DNA of 61,386 bases, filler included, from Candidatus Coatesbacteria bacterium (GTDB lineage: Bacteria; JAFGND01): NCBI GenBank assembly GCA_016927185.1. It is 4 parts of 4 records of this genome, joined end to end, with 100 filler letters (N's around TTAATTAATTAA, not from the genome) between each part and the next. Parts side by side here need not be neighbours in the genome. Positions count along the whole stretch, not along the records: positions 52,718 to 61,386 come from JAFGND010000093.1; 3 more parts are not named here. One strand, written 5' to 3'. Shown here one piece after another: positions 57,822 to 61,386 of this stretch. The number at the start of each line of letters is the position of its first letter. Within the stretch, counting starts at the first letter, position 1. A program made the translations under genes and the position numbers. The notes below the pieces were generated by a model. That model was not told where the DNA came from. It saw only the letters and a list, made by a program, of their open reading frames with translations, and made no database searches.

Positions 57822-58537
57822 GATTGATCTTCTGTCTGTTTCCCTTTCAGCTTGAGTAGTGGCTCTATTTCATGAGGTTCTAAAATCCTGTAAAGACCTC
57901 TTTGAAGCTGGAACTCAAAAACTCTTTTTTCATAATCATGCATAATATTCTCTATGTCATGCTCTGGGAACGAAATAAAGGATCTCATTGCATTAATTTG
58001 CAACCTTATCTTGTGTCTTTCAATCATTTCAGCATCACTTGCTTTTATATATTCACCCTTTACCCATGGAGGTCCCTTGAAATCAGGCTTTGAATTTGAA
58101 GTTATAATCATTTCCCCGTCAATAGTTCTTGTGAAAAGTGCTATCTTGACTTCGTTGGTTTTCGGATTTGTTGGTGAATGCTTGAAATAATCTATATAAA
58201 TCATCATTGCAAGTATTGTCCGATCAGAATTAAGAAGTATCATGCCTGGGAAAAAATCATCACCTAAATTGACCGGACCTACAAAGCAGAATACTTTCCT
58301 GAAATCATTCTTGAATGAAAACAATCTTGTATTTAGAAGTTCCATTGCATTCGATGGAAGTTCCTCCTCCTGTTTTCTTATCATCCTGAACGGGGTCTTG
58401 AAAATGGTAGTTGGTTTGTTGAAATAGCCAATCAGCTTGAGGAAATAAAACAACGGGAACATGAATTTGGATGGTGAAAGATTAAAAAGCTCCTTGAATG
58501 TAAGTTTCTGCATGTCAGCAGTGTAAAATATATCCAT
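57797..58537 (-). CDS. hypothetical protein
   Basis: 246-aa ORF with AGGAG RBS; no motif recognised. Confidence 0.65.
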   Translation of the reverse strand: MDIFYTADMQKLTFKELFNLSPSKFMFPLFYFLKLIGYFNKPTTIFKTPFRMIRKQEEELPSNAMELLNTRLFSFKNDFRKVFCFVGPVNLGDDFFPGMILLNSDRTILAMMIYIDYFKHSPTNPKTNEVKIALFTRTIDGEMIITSNSKPDFKGPPWVKGEYIKASDAEMIERHKIRLQINAMRSFISFPEHDIENIMHDYEKRVFEFQLQRGLYRILEPHEIEPLLKLKGKQTEDQSYNSTRNP

Positions 58538-58677
58538 GACGAATTCTCCTTTACTGCAGGCAAAAGAATGTTTGTAGATGTTAAAAAAACCTCTATCAGG
58601 TCAACAGTTTTCTTCCTGTTTCTCACAAAAGAATTGACCGAAATCAAGGTAAAACCACCCTGTCTCCTTAAGAAAAT

Positions 58678-59814
58678 ATGTTAAGAATAGTTCTTTTTTT
58701 GCTGATACTGCAGCTTGTGACAACCAGCTTGATCCTTGCTGAGGAAGGCTTCAATCCACCAGCTCCTGACAGAACCCGCTATAAATCCATTTTCAATTCC
58801 ATGACAAGAAGGGAAAAAATTGCGCAACTTATTATGGCTTATGCAAATGTGGAGCTTGTAAGGAAATATCAGGTCGGATCAGTGATTTTTATGGGCTGGC
58901 AGATAAAAAACCAGAAGCAGATAAAAAAGTTCATTTCAGGTGTGCAACAGAAAAGCAAGATACCATGCATGATTGCAACTGACGAGGAAGGTGGAAGAGT
59001 AAACAGATTCAGGATATTCAGGGATGCAAGACATCCTTCAGCAAGAGAAGTAGGTTCCAATATAAGAAGCGGCAAGTGGGATTTGCAGAAAGTAAGGGAA
59101 AATGCATACAGGGTTGGAATGACTATTTCATCAATAGGAGTGAATGCAAATCTTGCACCTGTTCTTGATGTCTCAAGGAGAGGACTGATGAAGGCACAGG
59201 GACGCTGCTATTCAATAGAGCAGGAGGAAGTGAGAGATATAGGGAGGGCATTCATTCAGGGGTTCAGGGATGCCGGTGTTATATGCATTGCAAAGCATTA
59301 TCCAGGTTATGGTGAGCTTGCTCTTACAACAGATAGATACCTGTTAAAGGACAGAAGGACATGGGAAAACATTGAAGATGATCATATAAAACCATTCGAG
59401 GAGAATAAGGATGTCCTTGGGGGACTTATGCTTGCCAATATATGGTTCAATCTTATTGACAGGGAGCATCTTGCAAGTTTTTCTCCTGTTTTCATAAAAA
59501 GGGCAAGGGCTGATTTCCCTCATGGACTCCTGATGACTGATGATTTACGGGCAAAAAGCGTAGTTGAGCTGTCAAAAGACAATATTGAGCAGATAGCACA
59601 AGTTGCTTTTCTTGCCGGTCTTGACATATTCCTGACAATAAAGAATGCCAATGTTCCTCGAATAATAAATGGCATTGAATATCTTCTTGAAAATCAGCCT
59701 GAGCTAGAAATTCATCTGGAAGAATCATTGGCAAGACAGTTTGCATACAAGGAAGTCTGGTATAATGATTTTTTCAAGGAAAGGATAGATAAGGGAAATG
59801 AAGAACAAAATTAG
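58678..59814 (+). CDS. glycoside hydrolase family 3 N-terminal domain protein (NagZ-like)
   Basis: ATDEEGGRVNR, NLAPVLD, KHYPGYG, MTDDL; signal peptide. Confidence 0.85.
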   Translation: MLRIVLFLLILQLVTTSLILAEEGFNPPAPDRTRYKSIFNSMTRREKIAQLIMAYANVELVRKYQVGSVIFMGWQIKNQKQIKKFISGVQQKSKIPCMIATDEEGGRVNRFRIFRDARHPSAREVGSNIRSGKWDLQKVRENAYRVGMTISSIGVNANLAPVLDVSRRGLMKAQGRCYSIEQEEVRDIGRAFIQGFRDAGVICIAKHYPGYGELALTTDRYLLKDRRTWENIEDDHIKPFEENKDVLGGLMLANIWFNLIDREHLASFSPVFIKRARADFPHGLLMTDDLRAKSVVELSKDNIEQIAQVAFLAGLDIFLTIKNANVPRIINGIEYLLENQPELEIHLEESLARQFAYKEVWYNDFFKERIDKGNEEQN

Positions 59815-60736
59815 TCCATGGTTGAAAAGTGGATTGACAGATATAATTGATGAACTTGAAAACACCTATACTGAACATGGCGGGATTAATCATATAGAAG
59901 CAGGCATTCTCCCCAGCAGAAAGAAGATTATTGAAATACAGAGGCAATTGATGAGAATTGTCTTCCCTGGTTACTGGGAGGAAGAAGGACTTTCAAAAAC
60001 AAGAGTGAAATACTTTCTGGGGGAGATTCTTCATGACATATACAAGCACCTGTCTGATGAAATAGAGAAATCACTCAGGTATCGCTGCAAGATGGCAGGA
60101 TGCAAAAGCGATGCATGCAGGAAAATGTCTATTGAAATAACAATGAAATTGATAGAGGAACTGCCCAGTATAAGGACAATGCTTAAATTTGATGTAGCCG
60201 CAGCTTTTGATGGTGATCCTGCAGCAATAGACAAGGACGAGATAATTCTTGCCTATCCTGCAATTGTAGCTATTTCCACACACAGGCTTTCCCATCCATT
60301 GTATGAAATGGGGGTTTCCCTGATACCAAGGATAATGAGTGAGTATGCGCATAGCTTAACAGGCATTGACATTCATCCTGGTGCAAAAATCGGGAAAAGC
60401 TTCTTCATAGATCATGGTACAGGAGTAGTAGTAGGTGAAACAACTGTAATTGGTGATGAAGTCAAGTTATATCAGGGAGTTACAATTGGTGCATTGTCAT
60501 TCCCCAAGGATGAAAGAGGTCAGATAATAAAAGAGGCAAAAAGGCATCCCACAATTGAAGACAGGGTCACTATTTATGCAGGCGCAACAATACTCGGTGG
60601 AGAGACAGTGATAGGCCATGACAGTGTGATTGGTGGAAATGTCTGGCTCATAAAGTCAATCCCACCTTATTCGAGAGTTGTTATAAGCAATCCAGATCTG
60701 ACAATTACCCATAAGGATGAAAAATCAGGAAAGTGA
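59798..60736 (+). CDS. cysE: serine O-acetyltransferase
   Basis: GDPAA, YP, TGIDIHPGAKIG, FIDHGTGVVVGET, KRHPTI hexapeptide repeats. Confidence 0.93.
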   Translation: MKNKISPWLKSGLTDIIDELENTYTEHGGINHIEAGILPSRKKIIEIQRQLMRIVFPGYWEEEGLSKTRVKYFLGEILHDIYKHLSDEIEKSLRYRCKMAGCKSDACRKMSIEITMKLIEELPSIRTMLKFDVAAAFDGDPAAIDKDEIILAYPAIVAISTHRLSHPLYEMGVSLIPRIMSEYAHSLTGIDIHPGAKIGKSFFIDHGTGVVVGETTVIGDEVKLYQGVTIGALSFPKDERGQIIKEAKRHPTIEDRVTIYAGATILGGETVIGHDSVIGGNVWLIKSIPPYSRVVISNPDLTITHKDEKSGK

Positions 60737-61386
60737 CCTGGCTTTCTCTTCCCATCTTTTTTTGTAATAGCTTTTGTCGTGATAAGTTGTTGTATAGTAA
60801 TGATTTGCTTCTCTCTTTTCTGCTTTTTCGAAACCAAGCGGACCATATGTTGGAGTATAATAGGTTCCTGTCTTGCTTTTATCGAGTTTCTTCCTCCATC
60901 TTGGTACCCTTTTCCTGTTTGCATAAGGAAAATATCTTCTGTAACCTTCATCAAGGGAAAGCCTTATCCCGAGCCACCACATTCTATGCATGTAAAGTGT
61001 AAGTGATGCATTTATCTCCCCTTCATACATTAAACTGACATTTCCCCCGTTTTTTCCGTTTCCATTGAAAACAGGAAAGAAATATACACCTTTTGAAGGA
61101 AGGTAAAGAAACCAGTATATTGCATATGCAAGTCCTGTATTGAAATAATCACCAAGGCTTGCCTTGAAATCCCATTTCAGAAGTTTGAACTTGAATAGCC
61201 TTAAAACATGTTTCCTGTATTTCCTTACATAATCATAAACAAGCCAGAATTTCTCCCTGTTCTTGAGTATTATTTTAGGAGCTTTCTTTTTCTTCGCTTT
61301 TTCCGGTATTTCCTCTTCCGCTTTTTTCTCTTTGGGAAGCTTCTTCTTTTTTTCCTCTTTTTTCGAGATACCCTTGTAAATCCTTA
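60725..61386 (-). CDS. hypothetical protein, 5' partial (possibly DUF2953-like)
   Basis: The frame of ORF 60725-61030 stays open to the window edge (..KLLKWDFKASLGDYFNTGLAYAIYW..), with a Lys/Glu-rich segment. Confidence 0.55.
   Translation of the reverse strand, partial: RIYKGISKKEEKKKKLPKEKKAEEEIPEKAKKKKAPKIILKNREKFWLVYDYVRKYRKHVLRLFKFKLLKWDFKASLGDYFNTGLAYAIYWFLYLPSKGVYFFPVFNGNGKNGGNVSLMYEGEINASLTLYMHRMWWLGIRLSLDEGYRRYFPYANRKRVPRWRKKLDKSKTGTYYTPTYGPLGFEKAEKREANHYYTTTYHDKSYYKKRWEEKARSLS

Overview
AT-rich bacterial DNA, probably from a metagenome-assembled genome of an uncultured, likely anaerobic lineage. It is not one contiguous locus: four contigs (1-24175, 24276-43935, 44036-52617, 52718-61386) are joined by artificial 100-nt N+TTAATTAATTAA+N linkers. 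The housekeeping backbone includes rplI, a PilT-family ATPase, recA, an MglA-like GTPase, catalase, carbamate kinase, ppdK, LeuC/LeuD-family and LeuB/Icd-family genes, cobB, glpX, mtnP, polA, tadA, cysE, tRNA-Ser(CGA) and a truncated 16S rRNA gene. The most striking signal is an expanded set of secreted beta-propeller proteins. One subfamily has eight 40-aa blades with a conserved frame (near-identical at DNA level in one copy) and two variable loops per blade. These and an unrelated passenger share a compact ~65-aa C-terminal cassette resembling a T9SS type A sorting domain. A second C-terminal tag (TWGxIK) ends an OB-fold protein. Other notable items are an arginine synthetase (ArcE)-like gene with carbamate kinase, a soluble-adenylyl-cyclase-like STAND-TPR gene upstream of a serpin, a sigma54 promoter for two hsp20 genes, REP-like palindromes, a B-box/pilin-like gene pair, a tadA stop codon inside tRNA-Ser, and universal-primer mismatches in the 16S gene. 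All calls come from motif reading by eye; no searches were run.
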